NCBI GenBank assembly: GCA_023898785.1
Contig: CP060239.1
Location: forward strand, 1,417,921-1,481,920
Direction: 5' to 3'
Source: Rhodospirillales bacterium
GTDB taxonomy: Bacteria > Pseudomonadota > Alphaproteobacteria > Micavibrionales > Micavibrionaceae
DNA length: 64,000 nt
Shown in pieces: positions 33,192 through 44,786 of this stretch (position 1 is the first letter of the stretch; every line of letters begins with the position of its first letter). The position numbers were made by a program, and so were the translations under genes. The notes below the pieces were generated by a model. It searched no databases and was not told the DNA's origin. It saw only the letters and a list, made by a program, of their open reading frames with translations.

Positions 33192-33380
33192 TTACTCGTG
33201 GCAAATGACAGTCAGATTACCTGCTGCCTGAAGTGCATTAACTTGTTCTGGCGAACCGCGCCCTGAATAAACAGCTTGCTCACCATCAAAATTAGTCATA
33301 TGCAACTCAGATATATTTTCCAATAGCGTTGCCGCTTCTTCATCATCTGGTCTTGCTATTACGCTAAAAACTTGTTGCAT
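33192..33380 (-). CDS. orphan small protein (62 aa) inserted between rpoB and rpoC
   Basis: ATG at 33378-33380, only 2 nt after the rpoB TAG stop. GGGAG lies 6 nt upstream, inside the rpoB 3' end. AT-richer than both flanks. The track's longer version overlaps rpoB. Confidence 0.45.
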   Translation of the reverse strand: MQQVFSVIARPDDEEAATLLENISELHMTNFDGEQAVYSGRGSPEQVNALQAAGNLTVICHE

Positions 33381-33382
33381 TA

Positions 33383-36300
33383 CTAGCTCCCGCTTGACTG
33401 TTTCAAATCGACATTGAGGCATAGGGCCTTCAATTCCTTGGTCAGAACGTTGAAGGATTCCGGAATACCGATTTCGAAGTTGTCTTCGCCGCGGACGATG
33501 GACTCGTAAACTTTGGAGCGACCGGCCACGTCATCGGACTTGACGGTGAGCATTTCCTGCAAGGTGTAAGCCGCGCCGTAAGCCTGCAGAGCCCAAACCT
33601 CCATCTCTCCGAAGCGCTGACCCCCGAACTGGGCTTTACCGCCCAGCGGTTGTTGCGTGACCAGAGAGTACGGCCCGATGGAGCGGGCGTGGATTTTATC
33701 ATCCACCAAGTGGTGCAGTTTAAGCATGTACATGTAGCCCACGGTCACATCGCGGTGGAAGTAATCTCCGGTGCGGCCATCGATCAGGCGGACCTGACCG
33801 GAGGTTTTGAGACCGGCTTTTTCGAGCAGCTCGGAGATGTCGGCATCGTGCGCCCCGTCAAAGACAGGCGTGGCCATCGGCACGCCTTCGCGCAAATTGC
33901 CTGCCATTTCGACGAGTTCCTTATCATCAAGCTTGGAGACCTTGCCTTTGTACTCGCTGTCACCGTAAGCGTCTTCGAGCTTGGCTGTGAGTTTTTTCTT
34001 CTCGGCGTCGCTCATTTTCTTATTGGACTGGAAGGCATCGATGATTTCACCGATCTGGCGGCCCATAGAAGCCGCAGCCCAGCCAAGGTGGGTTTCAAGG
34101 ATCTGCCCCACATTCATCCGTGAAGGCACGCCAAGCGGGTTGAGCACGATGTCAACGGGCGTTCCGTCTTCGGTGTAGGGCATGTCTTCTTGCGGGATCA
34201 CTTTCGAGACCACCCCTTTGTTTCCGTGACGACCGGCCATTTTGTCACCGGGCTGCATTTTACGTTTCACAGCCACGAAGACCTTGACCATCTTCATTAC
34301 ACCCGGAGGCAGTTCGTCACCCCGCTGGAGTTTTTCGACTTTATTCTCGAAACGCTCCTTGATGTTGTCAACCGCATCGTCAAACGTTCTGGACATGGCT
34401 TCGATTTCTTCCATGCGTTTTTCGTTTTCAATGGCGATCTGACGCCACAGACCGCGTTTCTCGATAGCGTCGATGTCAGCGGCAGTAAGCTTCGTGCCTT
34501 TTTTCAGTTTGGCATCTTTCGGCGCGCTTGCGACCGTGTTGCCAATCAGGATGTCGCGCAGACGGCCATAGAAGCCGTCTTCCAGAATACGGCGTTCGTC
34601 GTCGCGGTCTTTGGCGAGGCGTTCGATTTCCTGCGCCTCGATGGACAAGGCGCGAGCATCTTTATCGACGCCACGGCGGTTAAATACGCGCACATCGACG
34701 ATGGTGCCAACAGCGCCGGGTGGCAGACGTAGAGATGTATCCTTCACATCGGCGGCTTTTTCACCAAAGATGGCGCGCAGGAGTTTTTCTTCCGGCGTCA
34801 TCGGGCTTTCGCCTTTTGGCGTAACCTTACCGACGAGAATATCACCGGGGCCGACTTCAGCGCCGATATGCACGATCCCGGCTTCGTCAAGGTGGCGTAG
34901 AGCCTCTTCCCCGACATTCGGGATGTCACGGGTGATTTCTTCGGTGCCCAGCTTGGTGTCGCGGGCCATGACTTCGAATTCCTCAAGGTGGATTGAGGTG
35001 TAAACGTCATCACGCACGATGCGCTCGGATACGAGGATGGAATCTTCGTAGTTGTAGCCATTCCAGGGCATGAAGGCGACGAGGATGTTTTTCCCCAGCG
35101 CCAGTTCACCCATATCGGTTGACGGACCATCGGCGATGATGTCACCAGCCTTCACCTTATCACCTACCTTCACCAGAGGTTTCTGGTTGATACAGGTGCT
35201 TTGGTTTGAACGCTGGAATTTCGCGAGCTTGTAAATGTCCACAACCGGTTCATCCGCGTGCAGTTCTTCCGTGGCCTGAACCACGATCCGCGTGGCATCA
35301 ACCTTGGTCACCACACCAGCGCGGCGTGCAGAGACAGCAGCGCCAGAATCACGAGCCACAGTGCCCTCCATGCCTGTTCCGACGATCGGGGCAGAAGATT
35401 TGAGCAACGGCACAGCCTGGCGCATCATGTTGGAGCCCATCAGCGCACGGTTGGCATCATCGTTTTCCAAGAACGGGATAAGGGATGCGGCCACAGACAC
35501 CATTTGCTTCGGCGACACGTCGATAAATTCGATTTGGTCAGGCGGAGTCATTTCGTTTTCACCGGCGCGGCGACATGATACGAGGTCGTTGAGAAACTTG
35601 CCGGATTTATCGAGTTGTGAGTTGGCCTGAGCGATTGTCCATTTTGCCTCTTCCATCGCAGACATGTAGACCACTTCGTCGGTGACTTTGCCATTTTCAA
35701 CGCGACGATAGGGGCTTTCGATGAAACCATACTGGTTGACGCGGGCAAAGGTGGCCAGAGAGTTGATCAAACCGATGTTCGGACCTTCGGGCGTTTCAAT
35801 CGGGCAAATGCGGCCATAGTGAGTCGGGTGCACGTCGCGGACTTCAAAGCCTGCGCGTTCGCGGGTCAGACCGCCGGGACCGAGTGCTGAAAGGCGGCGT
35901 TTGTGCGTAATTTCCGAGAGCGGGTTGGTCTGGTCCATGAACTGGGAGAGCTGGGATGAGCCAAAGAACTCACGCACAGCGGCTTGCGCCGGTTTAGAGT
36001 TGATCAGATCGTGCGGCATGTAGGTGTCGATTTCAACGGAAGACATACGCTCACGAATTGCGCGCTCCATACGCAGCAGGCCGATGCGGATCTGGTTTTC
36101 CATCAATTCACCAACAGAGCGTACGCGGCGGTTACCGAGGTTGTCAATGTCATCGACTTCGCCCTGACCGTCTTTCAATCCGTGGAGATATTTTAGAATG
36201 GCGAGAATGTCGGCTTTTTCAAGTACGCGGAACTGGTCGTCCGCTTCGAGATCGAGGCGCGCATTCATTTTGACACGGCCAACCGGCGAGAGGTCATAAC

Positions 36301-37645
36301 GTTCAGGATCAAAGAAGAGTGACTGGAACAGCGCATCGGCAGATTCAACCGTTGGCGGCTCACCGGGGCGCATGACACGATAAATATCGATGAGCGCTTC
36401 TTCACGTGTATCGCATTTATCAATCAGCATTGTATTGCGGATATAAGGCCCGACATTGAGGTGGTCGATTGCCAAAATCGGCAATTCCTTGATTCCGGCT
36501 TCATTGATGGCGGCCAAATCTTCTTCGGTGATTTCGTGGCCGGCTTCATGGGTAACCTGACCGGTTTTGGCGTCAAACAGGTCGGCGGCCAAATACTGAC
36601 CGACCAATTGCTCTGCAGAAACCAGAATATCTTTCAGACCATCTTCAACAAGCTTTTTTGCTTTACGTGGTGTGATTTTATCACCCTCTTCGGCGACGAC
36701 CTTGCCGGTTTTAGCATCAATAAGATCCGCCACCAATTTTACGCCGCGCATTGCTTCTGGATTGAATGATGTTTTCCAGCCCTTTTTATCTTTGTTATAG
36801 ATGCGCGTTTCATAAAATGTGCTCAAGATTTCTTCATTGGCCATGCCTTGAATCATCAACGGATCCACCTGCTCATCATTTTCTTCACATTGCTGACGGT
36901 AGGTGGCTGTTTCCACACCATCAAGAGCACGTAAAAGCGTTGTGACCGGCAATTTACGACGGCGGTCAATGCGCACATACATGTGGTCCTTGGCATCGAA
37001 CTCGAAGTCTAGCCAAGACCCACGGTAGGGAATAACGCGCGCTGCAAACAGATATTTACCAGAGGTGTGGGTTTTGCCGCCATCATGGTCGAAAAACACG
37101 CCCGGAGAGCGGTGCATTTGAGAAACGATGACGCGCTCCGTACCGTTGACCACAAATGTACCGTTTTGGGTCATCAGCGGCATATCAACGAGATAGACAT
37201 CTTGTTCTTTAATGTCGCGGATAGAGCGCAGGCCGGTATCTTCATCAACATCGAAGACAGACAAGCGAAGCGTAACGCGCAGCGGCGCAGCATAAGTCAT
37301 GCCGCGAGTCTGGCATTCTTCGACATCGTATTTTGGCGCTTCGAGTTCATATTTCACAAAGTCGACTTCCGCTTTATCGGAGAAGTCCTTGATCGGGAAA
37401 ACTGTGGCGAGAACTTCCTGCAGACCTTGCAGCGTACGGTCTTCGGCGGGGATACCATCTTGTAGGAACAATTCATAAGAATGGCGCTGAACTTCAATCA
37501 GATTCGGCATTTCAGCAACTTCATTAATGCGGCCATAACTGCGGCGAACGCGCTTGCGGCCGGTAAAGCTTTCAATATTGTTTGCCGGTGGAATTTTAGC
37601 TGATGATTGTTTGTTTGTTTTAGTCGTGGTTTTTGCTGCGCTCAT
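33383..37645 (-). CDS. rpoB: DNA-directed RNA polymerase subunit beta
   Basis: Canonical RpoB blocks throughout (1420 aa). Confidence 0.97.
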   Translation of the reverse strand: MSAAKTTTKTNKQSSAKIPPANNIESFTGRKRVRRSYGRINEVAEMPNLIEVQRHSYELFLQDGIPAEDRTLQGLQEVLATVFPIKDFSDKAEVDFVKYELEAPKYDVEECQTRGMTYAAPLRVTLRLSVFDVDEDTGLRSIRDIKEQDVYLVDMPLMTQNGTFVVNGTERVIVSQMHRSPGVFFDHDGGKTHTSGKYLFAARVIPYRGSWLDFEFDAKDHMYVRIDRRRKLPVTTLLRALDGVETATYRQQCEENDEQVDPLMIQGMANEEILSTFYETRIYNKDKKGWKTSFNPEAMRGVKLVADLIDAKTGKVVAEEGDKITPRKAKKLVEDGLKDILVSAEQLVGQYLAADLFDAKTGQVTHEAGHEITEEDLAAINEAGIKELPILAIDHLNVGPYIRNTMLIDKCDTREEALIDIYRVMRPGEPPTVESADALFQSLFFDPERYDLSPVGRVKMNARLDLEADDQFRVLEKADILAILKYLHGLKDGQGEVDDIDNLGNRRVRSVGELMENQIRIGLLRMERAIRERMSSVEIDTYMPHDLINSKPAQAAVREFFGSSQLSQFMDQTNPLSEITHKRRLSALGPGGLTRERAGFEVRDVHPTHYGRICPIETPEGPNIGLINSLATFARVNQYGFIESPYRRVENGKVTDEVVYMSAMEEAKWTIAQANSQLDKSGKFLNDLVSCRRAGENEMTPPDQIEFIDVSPKQMVSVAASLIPFLENDDANRALMGSNMMRQAVPLLKSSAPIVGTGMEGTVARDSGAAVSARRAGVVTKVDATRIVVQATEELHADEPVVDIYKLAKFQRSNQSTCINQKPLVKVGDKVKAGDIIADGPSTDMGELALGKNILVAFMPWNGYNYEDSILVSERIVRDDVYTSIHLEEFEVMARDTKLGTEEITRDIPNVGEEALRHLDEAGIVHIGAEVGPGDILVGKVTPKGESPMTPEEKLLRAIFGEKAADVKDTSLRLPPGAVGTIVDVRVFNRRGVDKDARALSIEAQEIERLAKDRDDERRILEDGFYGRLRDILIGNTVASAPKDAKLKKGTKLTAADIDAIEKRGLWRQIAIENEKRMEEIEAMSRTFDDAVDNIKERFENKVEKLQRGDELPPGVMKMVKVFVAVKRKMQPGDKMAGRHGNKGVVSKVIPQEDMPYTEDGTPVDIVLNPLGVPSRMNVGQILETHLGWAAASMGRQIGEIIDAFQSNKKMSDAEKKKLTAKLEDAYGDSEYKGKVSKLDDKELVEMAGNLREGVPMATPVFDGAHDADISELLEKAGLKTSGQVRLIDGRTGDYFHRDVTVGYMYMLKLHHLVDDKIHARSIGPYSLVTQQPLGGKAQFGGQRFGEMEVWALQAYGAAYTLQEMLTVKSDDVAGRSKVYESIVRGEDNFEIGIPESFNVLTKELKALCLNVDLKQSSGS

Positions 37646-37924
37646 GATCGATCCCGTCTTTCAATCTTTTAAAAATCTTTACAAGTGCTTTAAGCTTTTT
37701 GTCTGCAATGCGCTGGGCAAAAGGCAAAAATCCAAAGCATAAACCCACCAGCATCCTTTCCCTTTAAGCAGAAAGGCTGAAAGTGGTTAAAACTTACCGC
37801 AAGCCCAAGGCTAAAGCGGAAATCCCAAAATATTCAAACTGGGTTTTCAATGTCATTCCCGAAAGTTTGATGGATATATGGCCTACACGAACCGCCTTGT
37901 CAAGCGCCGAATAGCAAAAAAGCA

Positions 37925-37966
37925 TTCCCCGCTAAAAAGTGCGGGAAATGCTTTTGATGTAAATAA
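37925..37966 (-). terminator. rplL-rpoB intergenic attenuator/terminator hairpin
   Basis: 12-bp stem (AGCATTTCCCGC/GCGGGGAATGCT, one G-U pair) followed by TTTTTG on the minus strand, just after the rplL stop. This is the classic attenuator position. Confidence 0.65.
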
Positions 37967-37973
37967 GGCGTCC

Positions 37974-38354
37974 TTATTTAAGAGCGACGCTTGCGCCAGC
38001 TTCTTCAAGTTTTTTCTTGATTTCTTCGGCTTCGTCTTTTTTCGCACCTTCTTTGATGTTACCACCAGCTTCAACAAGGTCTTTAGCTTCTTTCAAGCCA
38101 AGGCCTGTGATTGCGCGGACTTCTTTGATCACAGCGATTTTGTTACCACCAGCCGATTCAAGAACAACATCAAATGAGTCTTTTTCTTCTGCGGCGCCAG
38201 CGGCATCACCGCCAGCAACGGCAGCGACAGCAACGGGCGCTGCAGCAGCGGCTGTTACACCCCACTTGTCTTCAAGCAATTTTGAGAGTTCAGCAGCTTC
38301 CAAAACAGACAGTTCTGAGAGTTGTTCAACAATTTTTTCCAGATTAGCAGCCAT
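37974..38354 (-). CDS. rplL: 50S ribosomal protein L7/L12
   Basis: Canonical L7/L12 with Ala-rich hinge and ...[17 protein letters not shown].... Confidence 0.97.
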   Translation of the reverse strand: MAANLEKIVEQLSELSVLEAAELSKLLEDKWGVTAAAAAPVAVAAVAGGDAAGAAEEKDSFDVVLESAGGNKIAVIKEVRAITGLGLKEAKDLVEAGGNIKEGAKKDEAEEIKKKLEEAGASVALK

Positions 38355-38391
38355 AATTTTTCTCCTTATATATAGCTAAAATTTAAAATTC

Positions 38392-38910
38392 CTACTCGCC
38401 TTTTTCTCCATAGGCTTTCGTAACACCAACAAGCTCGCGTGCCGGCGCCTGCATCAGTCCAGCCAGTTTCGTGGCCGGGGCCTGCAACAGACCAACAAGC
38501 TTGGAGCGAACTTCATCAAGGCTTGGCAATTTCGCCAACGCCTCAATCCCTGCGGCATCCAGGACCAGCTCACCCAGAGCCCCTCCGAGGATGATCAATT
38601 TATCATTGCCCTTGGCAAATTTATAAGCGGCTTTCGCGGCAGCTACAAAGTCCTGAGACGTCGCAACGCCGGTCGGTCCTGTGAACATGTCGCTGATCGC
38701 TTCAAATTTTGTGCCTTTAAGCGCAATTTTTGCCAATGTGTTCTTGGTGACTTTAAACGAAGCACCTTCGCTGCGCAGACCGGCGCGCAGGTCAGCCATT
38801 TCTTTAACAGTCAGGCCGGAATAATGTGTCACAACAACCAATTCATCATTGGCGAAACGCTCATTCAGAGACTGTATTTCTGTTTTTTTCTGTGCGCGAC
38901 TCATGCCCAT
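38392..38910 (-). CDS. rplJ: 50S ribosomal protein L10
   Basis: Canonical L10 sequence and position. Confidence 0.95.
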   Translation of the reverse strand: MGMSRAQKKTEIQSLNERFANDELVVVTHYSGLTVKEMADLRAGLRSEGASFKVTKNTLAKIALKGTKFEAISDMFTGPTGVATSQDFVAAAKAAYKFAKGNDKLIILGGALGELVLDAAGIEALAKLPSLDEVRSKLVGLLQAPATKLAGLMQAPARELVGVTKAYGEKGE

Positions 38911-39170
38911 CGCTTTTCTCCTTAAATTCCAGATCCCCGCTGTTTAAGCTCACTTTGTTCGCCGCAGGGATAACGGCGTGTGAGAATAAAAAAGTGGCCC
39001 CTTTGATTTCCAAAGAGCCACCCATCCGAATAAATGAAATAATAAATCTGCAACGCAGACCAGTGTTTTTCACTCTATCTATGCAGGACTTATAGATGCC
39101 TACAATCTCGGACAGGTTGTATATCGGGGCCGACAATTAAAGCTTTATCATCGGCCCGTCAAGATATTTT
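38911..39170 (-). promoter_or_regulatory. long rplJ 5' leader (expected position of the L10(L12)4 autoregulatory leader and rplJ promoter)
   Basis: A 260-nt non-coding gap between rplA and rplJ. Assigned by position only; the structure was not verified. Confidence 0.3.
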
Positions 39171-39875
39171 TTATGCCGCTGCGGACAAGCTGGCCGTGTC
39201 GATCTTTAGGCCCGGACCCATTGTGGAAGTCAAAGAGACTTTCTTCACGTAGGTGCCTTTTGCGCCTGATGGCTTGGCTTTGATAATTGCGGCGTAGAAA
39301 GCACGGATATTTTCAGCCAGCTTCTTGTCATCGAATGAAGCCTTACCAACGCCCGCATGAACCACGCCTGCTTTTTCAGCGCGGAATTCAATCGCGCCGC
39401 CTTTAGCATCTTTCACGGCCTTTTCAACATCAGGTGTCACGGTGCCAAGTTTCGGGTTCGGCATCAGGCCTTTCGGACCCAAAACTTTACCAAGCTGACC
39501 GACAATCACCATCATGTCCGGCGTGGCGATGCAGCGATCGAAGTCCATTTCACCGGCTTTGATTTTCTCAGCCAGATCTTCAGCGCCGACGATATCCGCA
39601 CCGGCAGCTTTCGCGGCCTTGGCTTTGTCGTCTTTAGCAAAAACCGCAACGCGCACGGACGAGCCTGTGCCGTTGGGCAGGGAAATCATGCCGCGCACAG
39701 CCTGATCGGCGTGGCGTGGATCAACGTTGAGGTTGATGGCGATTTCGAATGTTTCATCGAAGTTGCGAGCTTTGGCCGCACTCTTCAATGCTTTGACAGC
39801 ATCTTCGAGTGTATATTCCTTGTTACGGTCTACACCTTCCAAAGCCGCTTTCATTTTTTTCGTTTGTTTAGGCAT
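39171..39875 (-). CDS. rplA: 50S ribosomal protein L1
   Basis: Canonical L1 sequence. Confidence 0.95.
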   Translation of the reverse strand: MPKQTKKMKAALEGVDRNKEYTLEDAVKALKSAAKARNFDETFEIAINLNVDPRHADQAVRGMISLPNGTGSSVRVAVFAKDDKAKAAKAAGADIVGAEDLAEKIKAGEMDFDRCIATPDMMVIVGQLGKVLGPKGLMPNPKLGTVTPDVEKAVKDAKGGAIEFRAEKAGVVHAGVGKASFDDKKLAENIRAFYAAIIKAKPSGAKGTYVKKVSLTSTMGPGLKIDTASLSAAA

Positions 39876-39878
39876 TGT

Positions 39879-40307
39879 CTAGTCCTCCACCACGTCGATG
39901 CCCATAGAGCGGGCGCTGCCAGCGATAATTTTGATGGCGGCGTCAATGTCATTGGCATTGAGATCTTCCATCTTTTTCTCAGCGATTTCTTTCAATTGTG
40001 ACGTGCGGATTGTTCCGATAATGTCACGCCCCGGTGCACCAGATCCTTTTTTCTGCTTGGTGGCCTGCTTGATGAAATAGCTGGCTGGCGGTGTTTTGGT
40101 GATGAAATCAAAAGAGCGATCTTCAAAAACCGTGATCACCACAGGTATCGGAATGCCTTTTGAGTCTTCTGTCTTGGCGTTAAAGGCCTTGCAGAATTCC
40201 ATGATATTGACGCCGTGCTGACCCAAAGCGGGCCCCACCGGCGGGGATGGGTTGGCTGCGCCACCCGTAATTGTCAGGTTGATGTAACCTGAGACTTTCT
40301 TTGCCAT
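39879..40307 (-). CDS. rplK: 50S ribosomal protein L11
   Basis: MAKKVSGYI... with SD AAGGAG upstream of the ATG at 40307. The track ORF begins further upstream. Confidence 0.95.
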   Translation of the reverse strand: MAKKVSGYINLTITGGAANPSPPVGPALGQHGVNIMEFCKAFNAKTEDSKGIPIPVVITVFEDRSFDFITKTPPASYFIKQATKQKKGSGAPGRDIIGTIRTSQLKEIAEKKMEDLNANDIDAAIKIIAGSARSMGIDVVED

Positions 40308-40427
40308 TGTATTTCTCCTTATTAACAAAGAGTTTTGTGGTACGGCTCATCCATGGACTTGACGGATGAAAGCCTCCCACATATTTAGTGCTGCGCTTTA
40401 TAGCCCAGCATCACTTTATAAATCAAG

Positions 40428-40964
40428 TTAAACTTTCTCAACCTGCCCGTATTCGAGTTCCACCGGCGTGGCACGGCCAAAGATAGAAACAGAGACTTTG
40501 AGTTTTTGTTTTTCTTCGTCGATTTCCTCGACAATGCCGCTGAAGGACGCGAACGGACCGTCAGTGACCTTGATTTCCTCACCAATATCGTAGACGACGG
40601 ATGGACGCGGACGGTCAATGCCTTCCTGAACCTGCTGGATCAAGCGATTGGCTTCGGCCTCGGTGATCGGCACTGGCTTATTGCCCCCCGCTCCTAAAAA
40701 GCCACTGACTTTCGGTGTATCTTTGATCAAATGCCAGACATTGTCGTTCATATCGAGTTTGGCCAGCACATAGCCGGGGAAGAATTTGCGCTCGGCATTT
40801 ACACGCTGGCCGCGTTTGACTTCCACGACTTCTTCGGTCGGGACCATGATTTCTTCAACATGGCTTTCGAGGCCCTGCTTGCGGGCTTTTTCCTTGATGG
40901 CTTCGGCGACTTTTTGTTCAAAGCCGGAATAAACGTGAAGAACGTACCATTTTGCTGCAGACAT
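40428..40964 (-). CDS. nusG: transcription termination/antitermination protein NusG
   Basis: ...KWYVLHVYSGFEQKV... plus a C-terminal KOW motif. Confidence 0.95.
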   Translation of the reverse strand: MSAAKWYVLHVYSGFEQKVAEAIKEKARKQGLESHVEEIMVPTEEVVEVKRGQRVNAERKFFPGYVLAKLDMNDNVWHLIKDTPKVSGFLGAGGNKPVPITEAEANRLIQQVQEGIDRPRPSVVYDIGEEIKVTDGPFASFSGIVEEIDEEKQKLKVSVSIFGRATPVELEYGQVEKV

Positions 40965-40989
40965 TGTTTTTCTCTCTTTTTAAAAATTA

Positions 40990-41181
40990 TTATAGACCAA
41001 AACCCATGATCAAACGCACAATCCATGCAATGATCTGATCTGAAAAATACAGAAACACCGAGGCAATAAAGACCATGATGAACACAGCGATTGTGCTGAC
41101 GGTTGTTTCATGGCGTGAAGGCCAAGTGACCTTTTTGGCTTCGGAGCGGACCTGTTTAAAAAATTCGACGGGGCTGGCCAT
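40990..41181 (-). CDS. secE: preprotein translocase subunit SecE
   Basis: ...FFKQVRSEAKKVTWPSRHET... followed by a single TM segment. Confidence 0.9.
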   Translation of the reverse strand: MASPVEFFKQVRSEAKKVTWPSRHETTVSTIAVFIMVFIASVFLYFSDQIIAWIVRLIMGFGL

Positions 41182-41490
41182 GTTCTAAAAATCCTTTTTG
41201 TTTGCTCCGAGACACAATTCGTAGAGCGCTTTGGCGCTTTTGTTGATCTCCACCGTGTCAGGGAATGAGACTGTTTAACGTATACGGATTGAAAAAGAAA
41301 GCAAAAAGTGCTAGATTGTGCTCATGTTATCTGCAATTTTTAAATTATCCGGTCTGAATGAAGTTCTTGAAGCCAGTCAAGAGGCTGTTTTGCCTTACCT
41401 GACGCGCTCGCATGATATAACTGGTGTGGACGGAAAAAAAGACAGCTCCGGCAGCGGCCCCACCCTTGACATTGGCGCTGGCAGTGGCGA

Positions 41491-43032
41491 CTAATTTTTC
41501 CATCTTAAAACCGGATTGCGGGCAGCCTTAACTTCGTCGAGGCGGCGGCGCGGTGTGGAATGCGGGAAACTATGGAAGTGGTCTTCGGCATCACTGCGTT
41601 GCTCCGCCTCGCCAGCGATATCCTTCATCGCGGTTATAAAGCGGTCGAGGCTGTCCTTGCTTTCCGTATCGGTCGGTTCAATCAGCATCGTGCCGGGGAC
41701 GACGAGCGGGAAATACACGGTCATCGGGTGGAAACCTTTTTCGATCAGCGCCTTGGCGATATCGAGGGTCTGGACGCCACATTCTTTTTGCTTTTTATCG
41801 GTCAGGAGCGCTTCGTGCATGCATGGGCCTTGGGCAGAAAAGGGCGCATGGTAGTCGCCTTCGAGGCTGCGCAGGATATAATTGGCATTCAATACCGCGT
41901 CTTCGGAGACCTGTTTTAGCCCGTCGGCGCCGTGGGAAAGCATATAGGCCAGCGCGCGGACATGCATGCCGAACTGGCCATGGAAGCCTTTGAGTCGGCC
42001 ACAGTTTGTCAGGCGGTCGATTTCGGTTTCCAATCGATAGGTTTCACCCTCTTTCAACACAGTGGGTACGGGCATGTAAGCGCCAAGTTCTTCGGTGCAG
42101 CAGATCGGGCCGGAGCCGGGTCCGCCGCCGCCATGGGGCGTTGAAAAGGTTTTGTGCAAATTGATGTGCATGACATCGACACCGAAATCGCCGGGGCGGA
42201 TTTTACCGACCAGCGCATTAAAGTTTGCGCCGTCCATATAGAAGTACCCGCCGGCCTTATGCAGAAGATTGGCAATTTCGAGAATATCTTTTTCGAACAG
42301 GCCGCAAGTGTTGGGATTGGTGACCATCATCCCGGCAATATCACCGCCAGCCGGATCGGTTTTATAGAGCGCTTTTTTAAAGGCTTCTACGGTAAGCATC
42401 CCGGTGTCTTTGGTTGGGATGTTGCGGACCTCATAGCCGCAGGTGGTGGCGGTGGCCGGATTGGTGCCGTGGGCGGAATCGGGGGTCAGTACAATCTTGC
42501 GCTTTTTCCCGTCGCCTTTTTGTTCGTGGGCGCGGCGGATGGTCATCATCCCGGCCAGCTCGCCATGCGCTCCAGCGGCGGGCGACAGGCACACGCCGGA
42601 CAGATTGGTGAGCTCGGCCAGCCATTGTTGAAGTTCATACATCAGGGCGAGCGCGCCTTGGGTGGTGGATTCGGGCTGCAGCGGATGCAAATGCGCAAAA
42701 CCGGGCAGGCGCGCGAGTTTTTCATTCAGGCGCGGGTTGTGTTTCATCGTGCAGGAGCCGAGCGGGAAGAAGCCGTGATCGATGGAATAGTTCCATGTGC
42801 TCATGCGGACAAAGTGACGCAGGGCCTGAGGTTCGCTGACCTGTGGCAGGCCGATATTCTCGCGCGCCTGTTGGCCGGTGCGTAATGGCATGCCCGCGGG
42901 GGCTGGCAAATCCACGCCGGGGTGATCGGAACGTTCCTTTTCCCAGAGCAGGTTTTCTTCGTAATGCAGGCCGCGGTTATCGTCGTTCATTTTTGTGTCC
43001 ATAGTTTCTACAATTTTGTTTTCCGCGCTCAT
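41491..43032 (-). CDS. gcvPB: glycine dehydrogenase (aminomethyl-transferring) subunit 2
   Basis: Typical GcvPB, including ...[18 protein letters not shown]... (PLP-lysine region). Confidence 0.93.
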   Translation of the reverse strand: MSAENKIVETMDTKMNDDNRGLHYEENLLWEKERSDHPGVDLPAPAGMPLRTGQQARENIGLPQVSEPQALRHFVRMSTWNYSIDHGFFPLGSCTMKHNPRLNEKLARLPGFAHLHPLQPESTTQGALALMYELQQWLAELTNLSGVCLSPAAGAHGELAGMMTIRRAHEQKGDGKKRKIVLTPDSAHGTNPATATTCGYEVRNIPTKDTGMLTVEAFKKALYKTDPAGGDIAGMMVTNPNTCGLFEKDILEIANLLHKAGGYFYMDGANFNALVGKIRPGDFGVDVMHINLHKTFSTPHGGGGPGSGPICCTEELGAYMPVPTVLKEGETYRLETEIDRLTNCGRLKGFHGQFGMHVRALAYMLSHGADGLKQVSEDAVLNANYILRSLEGDYHAPFSAQGPCMHEALLTDKKQKECGVQTLDIAKALIEKGFHPMTVYFPLVVPGTMLIEPTDTESKDSLDRFITAMKDIAGEAEQRSDAEDHFHSFPHSTPRRRLDEVKAARNPVLRWKN

Positions 43033-44309
43033 GCTAATGCCTCTTTCATAGCCGTGGTCAGGGCAGCAATGTCTTCATCCGTGGTCATTTCGGTGGCGGC
43101 GATGAGGAGCTGATTTTCATCGAGATCGTACCCAGCAATGATGCCCTGCCCGGCAAGAGCTTTGACGATGCCTTTTGAGGCCCGCGGCAATTCCAGTGTG
43201 AATTCGTTGAAGAAGTTCTCGGTGAGGAGCTTCACACCAGGGATTTGAGTCAGCGCGTCGGCGGTACGGCAGGCCGCTTCGTGGTTGAGGCGCGCAAGAC
43301 GTTTAAAGCCATCTTCACCCAGCAGGCTCATATGCACGGTAAAGGCGAGCGCGCACAGGCCCTGGTTGGTGCAGATGTTAGAGGTGGCCTTGTCGCGGCG
43401 GATATGCTGCTCGCGGGTGGAAAGCGTGAGGACAAAGCCGCGCTTTCCATCGGCATCTTCGGTCATGCCGCACAGGCGTCCGGGCATCTGGCGCAAGTAT
43501 TTTTCCTTACAGGCGAAAAACCCAAGATATGGCCCGCCATAGCTGAGCGGAATACCGATGGATTGGGCTTCGCCGCAAACGATGTCGGCTTCGGCGGGAG
43601 CAGGCAGCAGGCCAAGGGAGACGATTTCTGTGACGACGACGATCAGCAGAGCACCGGTTTCATCGCAGGATTTGCGCAGGGCATCATATTTATGCGGCGC
43701 GCCGTAGAAATCGGGTGACTGAATAATGACGCAGGCAGTCTGCTCATCGGGCGCGCCGTCGGTGATTTTAACATCGCCATCGAGATTCCACATGTAGGAT
43801 TTGAGCACACCGCGATAATCAGGATGCAGAGCGTTTCCAATAACGATCTTTTTGCGCTTGGTCACGCGCAAGGCCATAAGTGCGGCTTCGGTAGTGGCGG
43901 TCGCACCGTCATACATGCTGGCGTTGGCGACGTCCTGGCCGGTAAGCTGGGCGATGAAGGTCTGGAATTCGAAAATCGCCTGCAATGTGCCTTGGGCGAT
44001 TTCGGGTTGGTAGGGCGTGTAGGCGGTGAGGAATTCGCTGCGCTGGATGATGTAATCAACGCTAGCCGGAATGTGGTGGTAATACGCCCCGGCGCCGAGG
44101 AAAAACGGCCCGGCGCTGGCGGCGTGATTTTGGTTTGCATAGGCGTTTAAATGACGCTCAACGTCAAGCTCGCCTTGATGATCAGGCAGGTTGAATTTGT
44201 GGCCCATCTCAGTAGCCGGAACGTCAACATAAAGATCATCAATACTGCCCACGCCGATGGTTTTAAGCATCGCCGCGCGCGCATTTTGGGTCTGGGGGAG
44301 GTAACGCAT
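43029..44309 (-). CDS. gcvPA: glycine dehydrogenase (aminomethyl-transferring) subunit 1
   Basis: MRYLPQT... is the typical GcvPA N-terminus, with a 4-nt overlap with gcvPB. The track ORF starts 45 nt further upstream, inside the repeat element. Confidence 0.92.
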   Translation of the reverse strand: MRYLPQTQNARAAMLKTIGVGSIDDLYVDVPATEMGHKFNLPDHQGELDVERHLNAYANQNHAASAGPFFLGAGAYYHHIPASVDYIIQRSEFLTAYTPYQPEIAQGTLQAIFEFQTFIAQLTGQDVANASMYDGATATTEAALMALRVTKRKKIVIGNALHPDYRGVLKSYMWNLDGDVKITDGAPDEQTACVIIQSPDFYGAPHKYDALRKSCDETGALLIVVVTEIVSLGLLPAPAEADIVCGEAQSIGIPLSYGGPYLGFFACKEKYLRQMPGRLCGMTEDADGKRGFVLTLSTREQHIRRDKATSNICTNQGLCALAFTVHMSLLGEDGFKRLARLNHEAACRTADALTQIPGVKLLTENFFNEFTLELPRASKGIVKALAGQGIIAGYDLDENQLLIAATEMTTDEDIAALTTAMKEALA

Positions 44310-44324
44310 GTTTTCTTTCTCTCT

Positions 44325-44399
44325 GTCATTGCGAGGAGCGCAGTGACGAAGCAATCTATAAATCGGAAAACTGGATTGCTTCGCTGCGCTCGCAATGAC
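44325..44399. repeat. palindromic repeat element (imperfect ~26-32-nt arms GTCATTGCGAG...GAAGCAATC / GATTGCTTCGCTGCGCTCGCAATGAC)
   Basis: Inverted repeat read directly in the gcvH-gcvPA spacer. A second related copy lies at 47592-47673. Confidence 0.8.
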
Positions 44400-44408
44400 G
44401 TCTTCATT

Positions 44409-44786
44409 TTAATCCAAAGTCTTCAAATAATCCTTATACGTGGCCTCATCCATCAGGTCGCCCAGCTGCGCCGGATCGGTGATTTTGATTTTGGCGATCC
44501 AGCCGCCGTCGGCCAGCGGCTTGGCGATCAGTTCTAGATCATCTGGCATATTGTCGTTGGCCTCAACGACTTCGCCATCGATGGGGGAATACACTTCGGC
44601 AGCGGTTTTGACCGATTCGACGACGGCGAATTCATCACCCTTGCTCACCTGTTTGCCTATTTCAGGCAATTCGACAAAGACCAGATCGCCCAGCGCTTCG
44701 CGCGCATATTCTGTGATACCCACCCATGCGAGATCACCATCAACATATATCGCTTCGTGATCGGTGGTAAATTTTAACTCAGCCAT
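44409..44786 (-). CDS. gcvH: glycine cleavage system protein H
   Basis: ...VESVKTAAEVYSPIDGEV... is the lipoyl-lysine motif. Confidence 0.95.
   Translation of the reverse strand: MAELKFTTDHEAIYVDGDLAWVGITEYAREALGDLVFVELPEIGKQVSKGDEFAVVESVKTAAEVYSPIDGEVVEANDNMPDDLELIAKPLADGGWIAKIKITDPAQLGDLMDEATYKDYLKTLD

Noticed and set aside
33381-33422. N-terminal extension of the rpoB|rpoC mini-ORF overlapping the rpoB 3' end
   Set aside because: It would require a 40-nt out-of-frame overlap with rpoB. The internal ATG, 2 nt after the rpoB stop with GGGAG upstream, is more plausible.
41225-41265. GTAGAGCGC, a tRNA D-arm-like string upstream of secE where tRNA-Trp is often found
   Set aside because: No acceptor stem, anticodon arm or T-arm (GTTCGAATC-like) can be built around it. 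It forms only a 5-bp hairpin (AGCGC/GCGCT).
44147-44407. 86-aa minus-strand ORF beginning [12 protein letters not shown]...
   Set aside because: Its N-terminus is just the translation of the palindromic repeat element, and the rest overlaps the true gcvPA N-terminus out of frame. It is an artefact.
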